Source: the human T2T-CHM13v2.0 reference genome, Homo sapiens
Length of the DNA stretch: 64,000 bases
NCBI RefSeq assembly: GCF_009914755.1
Contig: NC_060940.1
Strand: one strand, 5' to 3'
In this document: in pieces, positions 1 through 12,850 of the stretch
How the letters are laid out: the number at the start of each line of letters is the position of its first letter
Numbering within the stretch: the first letter of the stretch is position 1
Position numbers and translations under genes: made by a program
Notes under the pieces: model-generated
What the model saw: only the letters and a program-made list of their open reading frames with translations
Databases searched by the model: none
Told to the model about the DNA's origin: nothing

Positions 1-264
1 GGAAACTTACAGTCATGGCAGAAGTGAAGGAGAAGCAAGCAACCTCTTCACAAGGTGGCAGGAGAGAGAGAGAGAGAGATAATGCAAGGAAGTGCCACAC
101 TTTAAAACCATCAACTCTGCTGAGAACTCACTCACTGTCATGAGAACAGCCTGGGGGAAACTGCCCCCATGATCCAGTCACCTCCCACCAGGCCCTTCCC
201 TTGACACATGGGGTTTACAATTCAAGATGCGATTTGGGTGGGGACACAGAGCCAAATCTTACCA
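1..264 (-). mobile_element. MaLR LTR, MSTA-like (cut by window start)
   Basis: Ends ...gatttgggtggggacacagagccaaatcttacca, the reverse complement of the MST/THE1 5' end. Confidence 0.85.
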
Positions 265-828
265 ATTAGTTAGAGGTGCCATGTTCACACATGTCTAGTC
301 AACTGTAGTTGGTTCTGGGTTGGCCTGCTAAAGGTTTGGCTTTTGGTAGTTATTATTTGGCTTCTATCTGTGACATTTCAGCCGAGAATTCCTCTTGCAA
401 GTTCCTCTTCATAAGATAAAGGTCTTCATAAGAAACCATACTCTATCAGGGGATTATTCTTCACAGGAACTCTTTAAATGATATGCCTCAAAGTCCTTGC
501 CTGAACAAAGATATCTGCCACAGGTCAAGTTTTTATTCATATCAAGGGGATAAGGTAAATGATGAGCAACTTCCTTAAAAGTGACACCCATCTTTGGACA
601 CCTGGAGCAGCATGCTGGGAGAAGGGAGGAGAAGGAGAAAAGACGCCGCCTAGCTCAGTGGTTCTGGAGCTTGGCTTGGATTCTGAGTTTGCCACTTACT
701 AACTATAGAATATGGAACAAGTGAATTCTGAGACTCAATTTTCTCATAACCATAGTACCTAGCATACAGTAAGAGTTCAGATTCTAGTTTCATTTCTTAG
801 TGGAGAGGATGCCAGTTGTAATTTAAGA

Positions 829-1166
829 CAGTAGTCCGCAGTCTTTTTGCCACCAAGAACCGATTTCATGAAAGAATTTTTCCATGAATGAGGTGGGAAG
901 GAGATGGTTTCAAGGTGAAATTGTTCTACCTCAGACCATCAGGCATTATATTCTCATAAGGAGTGTGCAACCCAGATCCCTCACATGCGCAGTTCACAAT
1001 AGGGTTCACACTCCTATAAAAATTGTAATGCCACTGCTGATGTGACAGGAGGTGGAGCTCAGGTGGCAATGGTCACTCACCCCCTACTTACCTCCTGCTT
1101 TGTGGCCTGGTTCCTAACAGGCCACGGACCGGTACCTGTCTGCGTTCCAGGGATTAGGGACTCCTG
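829..1166 (+). mobile_element. MER1B hAT-Charlie MITE, full length
   Basis: Matches MER1B throughout (cagtagtccgcagtctttttgccacc...ggattagggactcctg); 8-bp TSD atttaaga/atttgaga. Confidence 0.92.
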
Positions 1167-1349
1167 ATTTGAGACACTAAGTTTCACTTTCTGAAATGAG
1201 AGATTCATATGCTTCCCAATTCTGGCTACAGCATGAAGTGGAGAAAACACTGAAAAGAAATGGTCAATGAGTCAGTGTCTTTATGTACAAAGCATTAAAA
1301 TTGGGACAACACCTTTCCCTCCACCAGAAAAATAAGTAAATAAATAAAG

Positions 1350-1620
1350 ATGGTAGATCTTAGCTCTTCTATTTACTAATTGTGTAGCCATAGAAAGGCT
1401 CCTTAACCTCTATTATTTCCAGTTTCCTCACTTTTAAATGGAGGACCAAAATGTCTACTTCATGGGGATGAGATGAAGATTTAGCAAGGGCACAAAATAG
1501 AGGCACAAAATAGAGTATCAGGCAAATAATAGCATCTCGGCCAATAATAGTCCTGCCTGCTATATAATATTGAGCAAGTTCCTTCGCTTCTCTGAGCCTC
1601 AGTTTTTGTGAGATGGGAAG
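1350..1620 (+). mobile_element. MIR fragments
   Basis: Two MIR cores (ccttaacctc...agtttcctcacttttaaatgg; tctctgagcctcagttttt). Confidence 0.7.
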
Positions 1621-1689
1621 CATCTCTATCTGAAAAAGATATCACTTGATAGATGATAGGAAACTAGATAAACAGATAGATAGATGCAA

Positions 1690-2265
1690 TCAATTTTGAC
1701 ATAGCAAATTATCCCAAAACGTAGTGGCTTAAAACAACAAACATTTGCAATCTCAGTTTCTCAATGCCATTTTGCTGGGTGCTTCTGCCTCCAGACTTCT
1801 CATAAGGTTTCAATGTATTGGCCTGGGCTATGGTCTCATCTAAAGGCTCAACAGAGGGAGGATCCACTTCCAGGGTCTCTAAAATGACTGTTGCCAGGAT
1901 TCAGTCCTTAACAGCTTGTTGGACCTGAGGCTGTCAGGCCCCCCACTGGCTGTTTGCAGAGCCTGTCTTCGGTTACTAGTCATGTGGGTCTCTCTGTAGG
2001 GCAGCTCATCACCTGGTTGCAATGGTTACCTCTATCAACATGGACAAGTAAGAGGCCAAGAAAGGGCACACAAGAGGGGAGGAGCAGTCTCTCTGTAACC
2101 TATTCTTAAGAATAATTTTCCATCACTGTAGAACCAGTATTTTACTAGTTAGAGACGAGACACTAGGCTGAGTCAACACACAGGGGAGGAAATTACATAA
2201 AGACATGAATATCAGGAGGTGGAGATCACCAGGGAATAACCTAATAGTGGCAGGTTGCCTGCCAC
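1690..2265 (-). mobile_element. MLT1-type MaLR LTR
   Basis: caaattatcccaaaacgtagtggcttaaaacaacaaacattt, the reverse of the MLT1 3' end; typical body. Confidence 0.75.
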
Positions 2266-3469
2266 TATTCCAGGAAATATGTAAAAGCGTTTGTTACTTC
2301 ATCAAACCCATCGAGTAATCTATTAACAGGAGGCAGTTCATTCTTCTACATCTTCCCATTTTAATTGGGTATTTGATTTTTTTATCTACCTATGCTCATT
2401 TCCTATGATTTTGGGGTGAGGTGGGTGAGATAGGATTGGGAGAATGTGCATAGCAAGAAGTAAGGGAGAGCAGTGAGCAAGTGAACCTCTTATATCATCA
2501 CCTTGGCATTTCACACTGCATACTTTCTCCATGCATAGCTGCAAGATAGAGTCACCACCTTGGAAAATTAAATTTAATAGAAAGATGGCCATGGTTCCAC
2601 TTCCCTCTCCTTATGGTAGCAAAAGATGGAAAGATCCCCAACATATCACAACTGTTGAATCATTTTTAAACAAGGTTTTAGAGGAGCCTGAGTCCTTTCT
2701 TTAGAGATGTTTCAAAATGCAAGGCCTTAAAAGCAGCTGAAACGAGGTTAAAAGCTTTGTAGGGTAAAGTGATAAAATATCCAAGAGATCTGTACAAAGT
2801 GGAAATAAAGACACACACAGAGACACATAAAGGAAGAGACAGAAATTAAATGTTTTCCAGAAATTAGGGGCAGATACTTACCAGAGGGAAGTCTCCCCCA
2901 GTGAGGAGAGAATTTAGTACCCTGACCCTGCCATCAGCCCTCTTCAGTGGATTTCTCCGTTGCTTTATTGAAATGCTCATAAAATAAAGGTTAGTTCCAT
3001 CCTAAGGATATCTTCCACCTTTTCCAAACCATACCATTAAGTTGTATTAGCTCCTTGGGGTTAGGCCACAATAGCAGGAAGAATGTATGCTAATGTGGCT
3101 CGCCTGAAGTTAAGCTCATTTAAAATCTGAAATACCATGGAGAACGTTCCCTGGGCTAAGATAAGGTTAACGAATCTAAATCTCAGCAATGAACTCACCT
3201 CCTAAGTTTCAGAAATAATTAGTTCTGGGAAGGACATCATTTGTTCATTCAACGTTTTTACTCTAGCCCCTCTCCGCTGCAGTAACTTAGATGCTTGAGA
3301 ACTGAAAGACAGAATGAGGAATGTGTACAAACTTTCTCAGTTCTGCACAATTGAAAGGTACGTCTCCTTACATGCTCAAAGGTATTTATACAACTATGTT
3401 GCCCAATGTAGAGGCTTTAAGAGCTTTATCTTTGGACTTTCTGTTTAGCCAATTTTTTTTTTCAATCCA

Positions 3470-3965
3470 ACATGAATTTCTCCTTTTGGTAACAGTGCCC
3501 AGTTCTTCTTTCAGGAGCCACATTTTGAGTATTCCATGTTATCCTACAGAAGCAGTTAATCATGATGTCCTTCCCTACCCACCCTACTCCTCCACTGTAA
3601 TGCGGTCATGTGATCGAGGCTGACCAATCAAATCCAGAGAGAGTTTAGCTCTAGAAAAGACATAGCTCAGGACAGAGTCTTTTTAAAATTTTAACATATA
3701 GATACTGGGAGAGAAGGGTTTTCCTTTCCTTTTGGGTCTTGAGCCATGAGGAAGTAAGCTTACAGTTTCCAGTGGCCTTTCTTACCACCATATGAGGAGA
3801 GGCCTAGGAATAAAGCCCAGGGTACTGAAATGAGACAAACAGAATATTACTTAAACCCCCATATCCAGCCCCAGATGCCGCAGTTAAGAGTCAAGTTCTC
3901 TTGCTTTCTTAAATCAGTTGGAGTTAGATTTCTCCAGCCAACTATCAAGGCATCTTGATCAATAC
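3470..3965 (+). mobile_element. Old MLT1 (J/K/L-like) LTR
   Basis: gctgaccaatca...ttaaatcagttggagttagatttctc...aatac 3' end. Confidence 0.55.
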
Positions 3966-4142
3966 TATGATAAATATTAGAGGAATTATTAAGTGTTACG
4001 CACTGGGGAGATGAAGACAAGTAGCATGATCCTTGCCCTCAAAGATCTCTTGGTGGAGGATTTATGGTAAGTGGTTTAAAGCCACTGGAGTCAAACAGAC
4101 CTGAATTTCAACTCCAGTTTCACTGTTTCCTACTGTGTGTCT

Positions 4143-4748
4143 CTGGTAGATAGAATTCTAAAATGACCCCAAATCCCCCTCCACATGCACACTACTGAGT
4201 ATTGTCCCCACCCCTGAAGTGGAGGCAGTACCTGTGAATACGATGGGATGTCACCTCCATGATTAGGTTACCTTATATGGCAATGGTGAAGGGATTTTGA
4301 ACATGCAATTAAGGTCCTAAATTAGTTGATCTTGAACTAATCAAAAGAGGATATTATCTTGGCCAGCTTGTGAAAGCTCTTAAGAGAGGGATGGAGCCTT
4401 TTCAAGAGAGAGAGGGGCTCTTTTGCTGGCTATGAAGAATCCAAGAACCATTATGTAAACTACCAATGGGGAGGGGCTACCTTTAAGAGTTGAGGGCCTC
4501 CATCCTACAACTGCAAAGAACCAGATTTTACCGACAACTTGAAGGAGCTTAGAAGACACCCCTGAGTCACAGGGGAGAATGCAGCTGGGACAATATTTTG
4601 ATCATAACTTTGCAAAACCCTGTGCAAAAGACCTGGCCAAGTTTCTCCTGGACTCCTGATCCACAGGAACTGTGAAATAATAAATGTCAGTTGTTTTAAG
4701 CCACTAAACATGTGGTAATTTGTTATAGAGCAACAGAAAACTAATAGG
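4143..4748 (+). mobile_element. MLT1E/F-type LTR inserted in a MIR
   Basis: tggtagatagaattctaaaatgacccc...gttttaagccactaaa...gcaacagaaaactaata; MIR halves at about 4060-4142 and 4750-4900. Confidence 0.8.
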
Positions 4749-4995
4749 ATATCCCTGAGCAATATTAGGTTTTTTGAGCCTGCATTTTCTCATCTAGTAA
4801 ATAGTGGTAGTAGAACCACCTACTTATATATTGGCTGCTGTGAGGATTAATTGTTAATTCTTATGTGATTCAGTGCCTGGCCTATAGTTCAACACCCCTT
4901 CATTGCTAGCTGGAGTCCACATTTTAAGTGTGGGTAGCTACGTGTGCACACACATGTATGTGTGCCTATGTGGGATAGTAGGTGTTTGTTACATC

Positions 4996-5766
4996 TGTGA
5001 GCCCTGAATATCTGAGACAGGTCTCAGTTAATTTAGAAAGTTTATTCTGCCAGCCGGGCGTGGTGGCTCACACCTGTGAGGCCGAGGCTGGTGGATCACG
5101 AGGTCAGGAGATTGAGACCATCCTGGCTAACAGGGTGAAACCCTGTCTCTACTAAAAATACAAAAAATTAGCCGGATGTGGCAGCGTGCGCCTGTAGTCC
5201 CAGCTACTCAGGAGGCTGAGGAAGGAGAATGGCATGAACCCAGGAGGCGGAGCTTGAGGTGAGGCGAGATCGTGCCACTACACTCCAGCCTGGGTGACAG
5301 AGTGAGACTCCGTCTCAAAAAAAAAAAAAAAAAAAAAAGCTTATTCTGCCAAGGTTGAAGATGCATGCCCATGACACAGCCTCAGGAGGTCCTGATGACA
5401 TGTGCCCAATGTGGTAGTGACACAGCTTTGTTTTATACATTTTAGGGAGACATGAGACATCAATCAATATGTGTAAGATGGACTTTGGTTCAGTCTGGAA
5501 AGATGGGGCAACTTGAGGTGAAGACAGGACAACTTCAAGTGGTGAGGGGGTTTCCAGATCATAGGTAGATAAGAGACAAATGGTAGCATTCTTTTGAGCT
5601 TGTGATTAGCCTCTCCAAATGAGGCAATCAGATACGCATTTATCTCAGTGAGCAGAGAGAGGGCCCTGAATAGAATGGGAGGCAGGTTGACCCTAAGCAG
5701 TTCCCAGCTTGATTTTTCCCTTTAGCTTAGTGATTTGGGGGCCCCAAGATTTATTTTCCTTTCACA
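4996..5766 (-). mobile_element. MER4A-type ERV1 solo LTR, interrupted by an Alu
   Basis: Ends ...ggccccaagatttattttcctttcaca, the reverse of the MER4A start; 4-bp TSD catc/tatc. Confidence 0.85.
5052..5338 (+). mobile_element. AluY with a ~16-bp deletion in the left arm
   Basis: Y diagnostics (gatcacgaggtcaggaga, ggagaatggc, ggagcttg); TSD aaagtttattctgcc/aaagcttattctgcc. Confidence 0.93.
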
Positions 5767-6047
5767 TATCCACCAACAAACACCCAAGCAACAGGGAAGG
5801 GACTCTGGGTCCTTAAGCTTCTTTAGGCCAACCTTGTGCTTTTATAGCAAAGGAAAATAAAGTCCAAAAGGGAAAGTGACTTTCCCTAGTCCACAAAAGT
5901 TGTTGGTGACCACAATAAGGAGTTTCAAGTCCTAGACACATCCTGCCTCAGTCTCTACCCTCCAGATAATGAGCCCTTCTTGTCATACTTGTTATGGACA
6001 TTCATACAAGGCTAAACTATTTGAATGACTTAACACTTTTCCTCTCC

Positions 6048-6950
6048 TGTATCTGTTATCTATTGCTGTGTAATAAGTTACCCCAACACTTAGAACTGAA
6101 GTCAACTGGGTTAGACCATTCTTGCAATGCTATAAAGAAATACCTGAGACTAGGTAATTTATGAAGACAATAGGTTTAATTGGCTCACAGTTCTGCAGGC
6201 TGTACAGGAAGCATGGTGCCAACATCTGCTTCTGGTATGGCCACAACGAGCTGGCATCTCACATGGCAAGAGCCAGAGCAAGAGAGAGTGAGTGGCGGGG
6301 AGATGCCACACACTTTTAAACAACCAGATCTTGCAAGAACTCACTCTATTTTGAGGACAGCACCCAGAGGATGGAGCTAAGCCATTCATGAGAAATCAGT
6401 CTCCAGGACTCAATCTCCTCCCACCAGACCCCGCCTACAACATTAGGAATTGCAATTCAACATGAGCTTTAGAGGGGACAACGTCTAAACTATGTCACCA
6501 ACAAATATTTATTATCTCACAGTTTCTGAGGCTCAGGAATCCACGTGTAGCTTGTCTGGCTGCCTCTAGTTTACGATTTCTCATGCATTTGCCCTTAAGC
6601 TGCTGAATGGGGTTGCCAATATCTGAAGGCTTGACTGAGGTTGGAACCCATGTCCAAGCCCCACTCACATGGCTGTTGGTAAGAGACTCCAGTTCCTTGT
6701 CATATGGGCCTCTCTGTAGAGTTGCTCACAACATAGAAGCCAGTTTCTTCCTGAGTGATCCCCGAGGGAGAGGTGACCAAGATGGAAGCTGCAGTATCTT
6801 TTATAACCTGATCTTGGAAATGACATGCCATCCCTTCTGCCCTATGCTGTTGGTCACACAGATCAACCTTGGCTTAATGTGGGAGGGGATTTCACAAGGG
6901 TACGAACAGCTGAGGTGCAATCCCTGCAGACCATCTCAAGGACTGGTTGT
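6048..6950 (-). mobile_element. MLT1F-like LTR interrupted by an MST LTR
   Basis: tgtatctgttatctattgctgtgtaataagttacccc; resumes at 6503 with aaatatttattatctcacagtttctg. Confidence 0.75.
6107..6497 (-). mobile_element. MST (MSTA/B-like) LTR nested in MLT1
   Basis: gctataaagaaatacctgagactaggtaattt...ggggacaacgtctaaactatgtca; 5-bp TSD tcaac/ccaac. Confidence 0.85.
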
Positions 6951-7373
6951 GTATTTCTCCTTATTGCCTAAATTACCACTTTGCCGACAGTCTGAAATGA
7001 AGACTTGCCTGCAGAAAGGTAGGATGACTTTGTCCCAGCCCTTGTGATTAATAGAAACAGGAAGATCGTGACTATGGTATTCCTGCCAAATAGCAATGAA
7101 AATGGCATTTGAAAACCGCAATTATTACTCCTTTCACCGAGAAGGTCTGTTCTGCTTAATGACCTACATATCATTGCATTCCAAGTGGAGATATTAAGTG
7201 CCTTAGAATATGCAGACATTCCGCAATGTTATAGCATCTTCAAAATGTATCAGCAAAATGATCACTACTTGAATTGGCTATAAGCAAAGCTTCAGAAGGT
7301 CCAGGTGGCCTTGAAATGCAGAGCCTCACAGCGGCAGGAGGGAAGGGCTATGGTTTCCAGACATCTGTGTCCC

Positions 7374-7430
7374 TTATTTATTTATTTTTTGAGACAGGGT
7401 CTTGCTCTGTTGCACAGGCTGGAGTGCAAT
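7374..7430 (-). mobile_element. Alu 3'-end fragment (AluJ-like)
   Basis: tttatttttttgagacagggtcttgctctgttgcacaggctggagtgca. Confidence 0.85.
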
Positions 7431-7749
7431 ATGCCTTTATCGTTAACTGGCTCTGCACACAATCTGACACCAACCCAGCTTTCCAGCTTCCCCACTCATC
7501 TTTCCCCATGGGAACTCTGTGCTCCAGCACATTGGAGTAGTGTTTCCTGGAAACAAAAACATTCCCGAAGATGTGGATTCACTCAAGTGAGCAGCCTTGG
7601 CCTCAACATGGTGACCTCAGCCAACAACATTTAACCAAATCCCTGACTTTATAGGTGAGGCTGGCAAAAAAGAGAGAAAGAGTGAGAGTTTGTGTTAAAA
7701 CAAAAATGATAAAGCTCTGCAGAAAGCTACTACTAAATCTAGCCTACTT

Positions 7750-8275
7750 GGATTTATTACTGCCCTCCCGTCTCTTCTCCAAACTGTAGCCAGAGAGATT
7801 GTTTTGAAACCTAAATCTACCAGTGTTGCTCTCCTGCTTTAAAACTGCAGAGAGTTTCCACTACCTCTCAAGGGAAGTTTAACATCCCTAGAAGCATCAG
7901 TCTCTGGATCTGACATCTCTCTCACCCTTCCTCTCTGGATGACGGTACCTGAGTCTTGAGTTGCCAAGTTCCTTTCCACTCAATACCACCCCACCCTGTT
8001 GCCCCTTCTGCTCAAAGGCCCATACTCTTCTTCCATCTCTCCACCTTCACTTCTCTAAGCTCCCGTTTCCCTGTTACTTGCTTCCATCACACCTTGCCTT
8101 TCTCCTTCAGAGCACTTCTAACAGTAGCAACTAGGCATTTAATTGCATCGTTAGTTCTTTACTATGTATTCCCCATAATGAAACTAAACTAATAATAAGT
8201 CCTACAGGCTCCATGAGAGCAGGTACTGGCACATGGGGATGCTCAATAAATATGTGTTGAATTAATGCATGGATA
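7750..8275 (+). mobile_element. L2 fragments including the 3' end
   Basis: ctgtagccagagagattgttttgaaacc; ggcacat...gctcaataaatatgtgttgaat. Confidence 0.65.
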
Positions 8276-8289
8276 AAGATGGAGTAGAC

Positions 8290-8502
8290 CAGGTGTTGCA
8301 AATTATAGTCCATGGACCAAATCTGTTTATGTGAATAAAGTTTGTTAAAACATGGCCATACCCACTTTTTTTTACCTATTGTCTGTGGTTGCTTTCTTGC
8401 TACATTGATGGAGGTGACTCATTGCTACCAAGAACATCTGAACTGCAATGGATTAAATATTTATTGTCTGGCCCTTGAGACAAAAGGTTTGCTGATGTCT
8501 CG
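8290..8502 (+). mobile_element. MER58A hAT MITE
   Basis: caggtgttgcaaattatagtcc...aataaagttt...tatttattgtctggcccttgagacaaaaggtttgctga. Confidence 0.8.
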
Positions 8503-9274
8503 GCTAGTTGTCAGTGTTTCTCAAGAGGTAAAAGAGATAACATGAAAACAGGAAAGTCTTATAACCAAAACTGCATCCTGTGTCTACCAGGATAATATAG
8601 GGAAGAAAGAGGACTACGTTTTGGATACTTCAGAAACTTAAGGTGTCAGGGGGTGGGGGGAGCTGCTGGACAGGTCTGTGGATGCATCATGGACCAAGCT
8701 GCAGTTAGTATTGAATGATATTCATGAGCCAATACATTGATTGAGACATAAGTGACTAGAAACATGAAAGTGATGACCAGCAGTGACAACAGCCTTTGTC
8801 AAAGTCACAGGCTGAACACTGTCTCGTTTCAGGAGCTGCAGATGAGGCTGGGCCTTGGCACCTTGTCATTCTGGGTCTTAAATGGCCATAATGGATCTGT
8901 TGCCTTCCAGGGCTAGGTGGACCCTCAGAGTGCTGTGATTGATGGTCAGTGTCATCTTAGGATTTCACAGCAACATCAGCACATTTGTTTTGCACTAAAC
9001 GGGCAGGTGCTCATTGACATCCATGAATGAATTCATCGATGTGTGGGGCTAAATGTCAATCCAATGGTGCAAGGTAGACCAAGAGGCCGTTAGATATGAG
9101 AGCTCAGCTAAGCAGTGGCATTTAGGGAATGGTGCTAGGTGTCCTATAATGCACAGCGGAAAACAAAGGGCAAAGCATCAAAGAGCGAGAACACCACTGG
9201 CAACCAGGGTTAGCCTCTGAACCTAGGGCAATGCCTCCAAAAATAAGGCCTGTGGATTTCCAGCCTTAGGTTCA

Positions 9275-9428
9275 CAGAGCTTGTTAAAAATAAATAATTT
9301 TTTAAACCATGATTTCTAGGGCTATTCCACATCCACTGAACCAGAATCTCTTGGGAGAATCTGGAAATCTATATTTTAAGCAAAGTCCCCAGGTGATTTT
9401 TGTGCCCTTGAGGATTTGAAATCTACTG
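9275..9428. mobile_element. MER5A-like hAT MITE
   Basis: gagcttgttaaaaat...ctgaaccagaatctc...ttttaagcaaagtccccaggtgattt. Confidence 0.7.
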
Positions 9429-9548
9429 AACTAAGACCACACTATTTCTCCCTACTTTATTATACACCACCTGAACCTGCAGAAATAGTTGAGGAAGGAA
9501 GAGAATGTAGGAAAATACTTCTTTTCAGAACGAGGTAGGAAATGCTGG

Positions 9549-9625
9549 GATCAACTCACACTAGAGAAGATCAACTCACACTAGAGAAGACAGGTTTTCT
9601 TCACTTTTCAAGGTTTTCTTCACTT
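9549..9625. repeat. Two abutting microduplications (20-bp and 19-bp period)
   Basis: gatcaactcacactagagaa x2, then aggttttcttcactt x2. Confidence 0.9.
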
Positions 9626-9887
9626 GAAAAATCATGGTGTGTCTGAATGAGCTGGCAGTGTGCTGGGTGCACTCAAAAGCATTACCTTAGTTAATTATTG
9701 CAACAATCTTGAGTCAGTGACAGTCTTTACTGAGGAAGAAGATGAGACTCAAGTTGTGCAAGTAGCAGTGTTCATAATTAAAGAGCTCAAAGAGGGCAGA
9801 GCTGGAATTCAAATGCAGAGCTATTGATCACAGATCAAGTATGTTTCCATTGTCCCTCAGTTGAATTTCTGCAGGGAAAGCATTTAC

Positions 9888-10015
9888 CCTTCCTTCCTTC
9901 CTTCATTTCAGCCTCTCTCCCTCCCTCCTTCCTTCATTCCTTCCTTCCTCCCTTCCTTCCTTTTTTTCTTCCTTCTTTCCTTCATTCCATCCTCCCTCTC
10001 TTTTTACCTTCCTTT
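9888..10015. repeat. Degenerate (TTCC)n polypyrimidine tract
   Basis: ccttccttccttc... Confidence 0.85.
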
Positions 10016-10035
10016 ATCAGAAAAGGTCAATAGAG

Positions 10036-10390
10036 TGTCTCAAATCTGGTCTCTCAGAAGCAGACCCTGAACCAAGGATTCAGGTGCAAGTAATTCACTA
10101 AGGAAGAGGTCCAGGAGAAGTCAATGAGGGAGTGGAAAAATTAGAATAGGGAAGGACAAGAAGCTAACCAAGGGGCAGTTGCAGGTGAAGTTCCAAACTC
10201 AACCTGATCCCATGGACCAGAAATTATCCCTGGTTTGTCAGGCCATGAAACAAGGGACTAGACTTTTGTACATTCCCACCAGTCATTCATTGGTAGCAGC
10301 AGTTGAGGTGAGGAGTGAAACTGCCAGACACTTGAGCTTTCAGAGTGGGATCCTGGAAACTTCAGCACTCAAGGGCATTCTTCTGAAAGT
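10036..10390 (-). mobile_element. ERVL LTR (LTR33/LTR16-like)
   Basis: cagaagcagaccctgaaccaaggattcaggtgcaagtaatt motif. Confidence 0.6.
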
Positions 10391-10784
10391 AAAAAAATTA
10401 GAGATATTCCCCAATTCCCAGTCTGGTGCTCTTGTCCTAGCCTTTGCATGTGTCCATATTGGAGTCCAGGGTCCCCAGAATGTTGACATATATTATCAGA
10501 TTCAAGATGATAATAAAATAGAAAAAACTTATGGGCCAATAAGGACATCTCGTATTACCCCCACACCATTCCTCTTTACCACAAATGTGATGCTTTCCTT
10601 AAAGCAGAATGCTTTGAATGCCCATTCATTTGCATACAGATTTTCCTTTTGTTCCTTCCTTTGTCTAGCTCTAGCTAACTTAGGACATTCCTACTGATTT
10701 CCTGGTAACCTTCTTGCTTTCAGTCCTTTATGGCCTTGACAAGGACCTGAATTTCTTTCTGGTCTGGAAAAAAATTATTCAATT

Positions 10785-11130
10785 TGGGATTATCAAGGAC
10801 GAAATGCACCAGATGATTCAGGAGATGATTTTATTCAGCTTTTGCAATAGGGAGAACATTCATGAATGAGGATGCCTCAATCGAAGGGAAGGGGGCCTGG
10901 AGTTTTACAGAGGCAAGGAAGTAATTCACAGTCTTAAGGGAATCATGAAAAGGGATAGACATTCTTATGGGAATTATTGAGGAAAAGTGGAGGTGGTCTT
11001 ATCCTAGAATATGCAAGTGCAAGTGTTTGTTTGTGGTTAGTCATTTCCCTGGAAAATAAAATAGTGGGGGTATTTTTTTAAACAATAACTGTATTCCAGG
11101 GAATACAGGGCTCAGGTAAAATTCAGCACT
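10785..11130 (-). mobile_element. Probable ERV LTR remnant, family not determined
   Basis: gattttattcagcttttgcaatagggaga...ggagttttacagag resembles a reversed LTR polyA/TATA region. Confidence 0.4.
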
Positions 11131-11541
11131 GTTAGGATCTTCACCAACAGGATGCAGGAATTAGACCCACAAAGTTAGAAAAGGTAACAAAGAATATTCA
11201 GGAGAATTTTGCCATGGATATTCAGCCCAGAAAATATTGTCATATCAACATCCAAAGCCCTATTGCCCATTGAGAAGTGGTTCCTGTGATCCAGACAGAC
11301 CTGAGCCAAAACTCTCCCCTTTGAGAAGAGTTCAAATTATCACTTGATTTCTTCCCCTGCAGACTCTTGTCTTGGAAAAGATAACAAAAGCTCCCCAGGT
11401 TGCAATAGCTCCCAAGTCTAACTGGGAACTGTAGAAGACCAAGGGAAAGAAACGCAGGGTCATGAAAGAGAAACCACCTATGAAGAGCCAAGAGTGCTCA
11501 CAGTGCAAAACACCTTCAGAAATTGGCCTGCTACAGGTTTA

Positions 11542-11991
11542 TGTTGGGTTTAGAAGGGAAGGTGAGGGTTAAAGAAAGACAAATAGAGAGAGGGTGGCTC
11601 AACAGCAAATGCAGGCATGTATGTCCAGCATAAACCTGCAGAGGTGAGGGACCAGCTTAATGCCAGTGCCCACCGCTGCTTACAGGCTGGGGTACTTACA
11701 GGTATGAGCGAAAGGGGTCTGGGCAGTCTGGCTTGCTACCCAGCTGGATATTGATAAGACAGTCCCGTGATGAGGCAGTTTGGCCCTGCTTTTGGTGGGA
11801 TGTGATCAGCTGTTTTTTGGACCTTTGCCCAGCAGGATATGATAAGGATGTTCCTTCAGGTGGGCCTTTGCCCAATAGGGTATGATAAGAAAGTCAGGCA
11901 GATGGGCAGGATGTCTCTTACAGTCTGAACCCCCATGGAATGTTGCTCTTTCACCAGGTCTGCAAAATGGCTGGTGCAGTTTGAACTAATA
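11542..11991 (-). mobile_element. ERV solo LTR (LTR32-like, ERVL; name tentative)
   Basis: LTR-like ends tgttggg...gtgcagtttgaactaata, about 450 bp, internal repeats; degenerate 5-bp TSD gttta/gcttg. Confidence 0.7.
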
Positions 11992-12154
11992 GCTTGGACT
12001 CTGACTAAGTTGAGAGCTGGACCTCTTGTTTATAGCAGGTCAGTAGCCCCTTGTCGCTATTTAACAACCTAGACAAGGAGGACAGTGTCTGAGCAATTGG
12101 CAGAGTAAAATCCAAGGAAAGAATCTAAACCCCAACCTAACTTGGCATAACAGG

Positions 12155-12510
12155 TGTATTCATCCATTCTCATGCTGTTAATAAAGACATATCCAAGACT
12201 GGGTAATTTATAAAGGAAAGAGGTTTAATGGACTCACAGTTCCACATGGCCAGGAAGGCCTCACAATCATGGCAGAAGGTGAAGGAGAAGCAAAGTCATG
12301 TCTTACACAGTGGCAGGCAAGAGAGCTTGTGCGGGGGAAGTCCCATTTATACAACCATCAGATCTTGTGAGAGTTATTCACTACTACAGGAACAGTATGG
12401 GGGAAACTGCCCCCATGGTTCAATTATCGCTACCGGGCCCCGCCCTCAACACGTGGGGATTATTGCAATTCAAGGTGAGATTTGGGTGGAGACACAGCCA
12501 AACCATATCA
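12155..12510 (-). mobile_element. THE1 solo LTR
   Basis: tgtattcatccattctcatgctg...gacacagccaaaccatatca; perfect TSD acagg/acagg. Confidence 0.93.
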
Positions 12511-12679
12511 ACAGGCACCAGCCACCCCTCGTTTGCCAGAAAGTGGGCATCAATCAACCTGCATCTCCAGGTTGGCCTTCTTTATCATGTTGTTTCTCTC
12601 TCCCCCTAATTGCAGCCTCTTTCCCCTGCTCCTTTAGAGCCATAAGCTCAGTTTGGTGATTACAGTAGCATATAATTGA

Positions 12680-12850
12680 GGCACATTCAAGGGTTTTCTC
12701 AGCATTTCATCACACATGATTCTCATAGCAACAGAGGGAATGTCTACCTCCTGATGCCTATTCTTATTGAAGGAACCAAGTCGCAGGGTGACTTGCTCTG
12801 GGTCACACAGTTGGTGAGTGGCAGAGCCAGAGGGAGACAGAAACTCCCAG
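12680..12850 (-). mobile_element. MIR
   Basis: ggtgacttgctctgggtcacacagttggtgagtggcagagcc. Confidence 0.75.

Noticed and set aside
10179-10697. Longest ORF (172 aa)
   Set aside because: Non-ATG start (ttg), begins inside an ERVL LTR, no domain similarity
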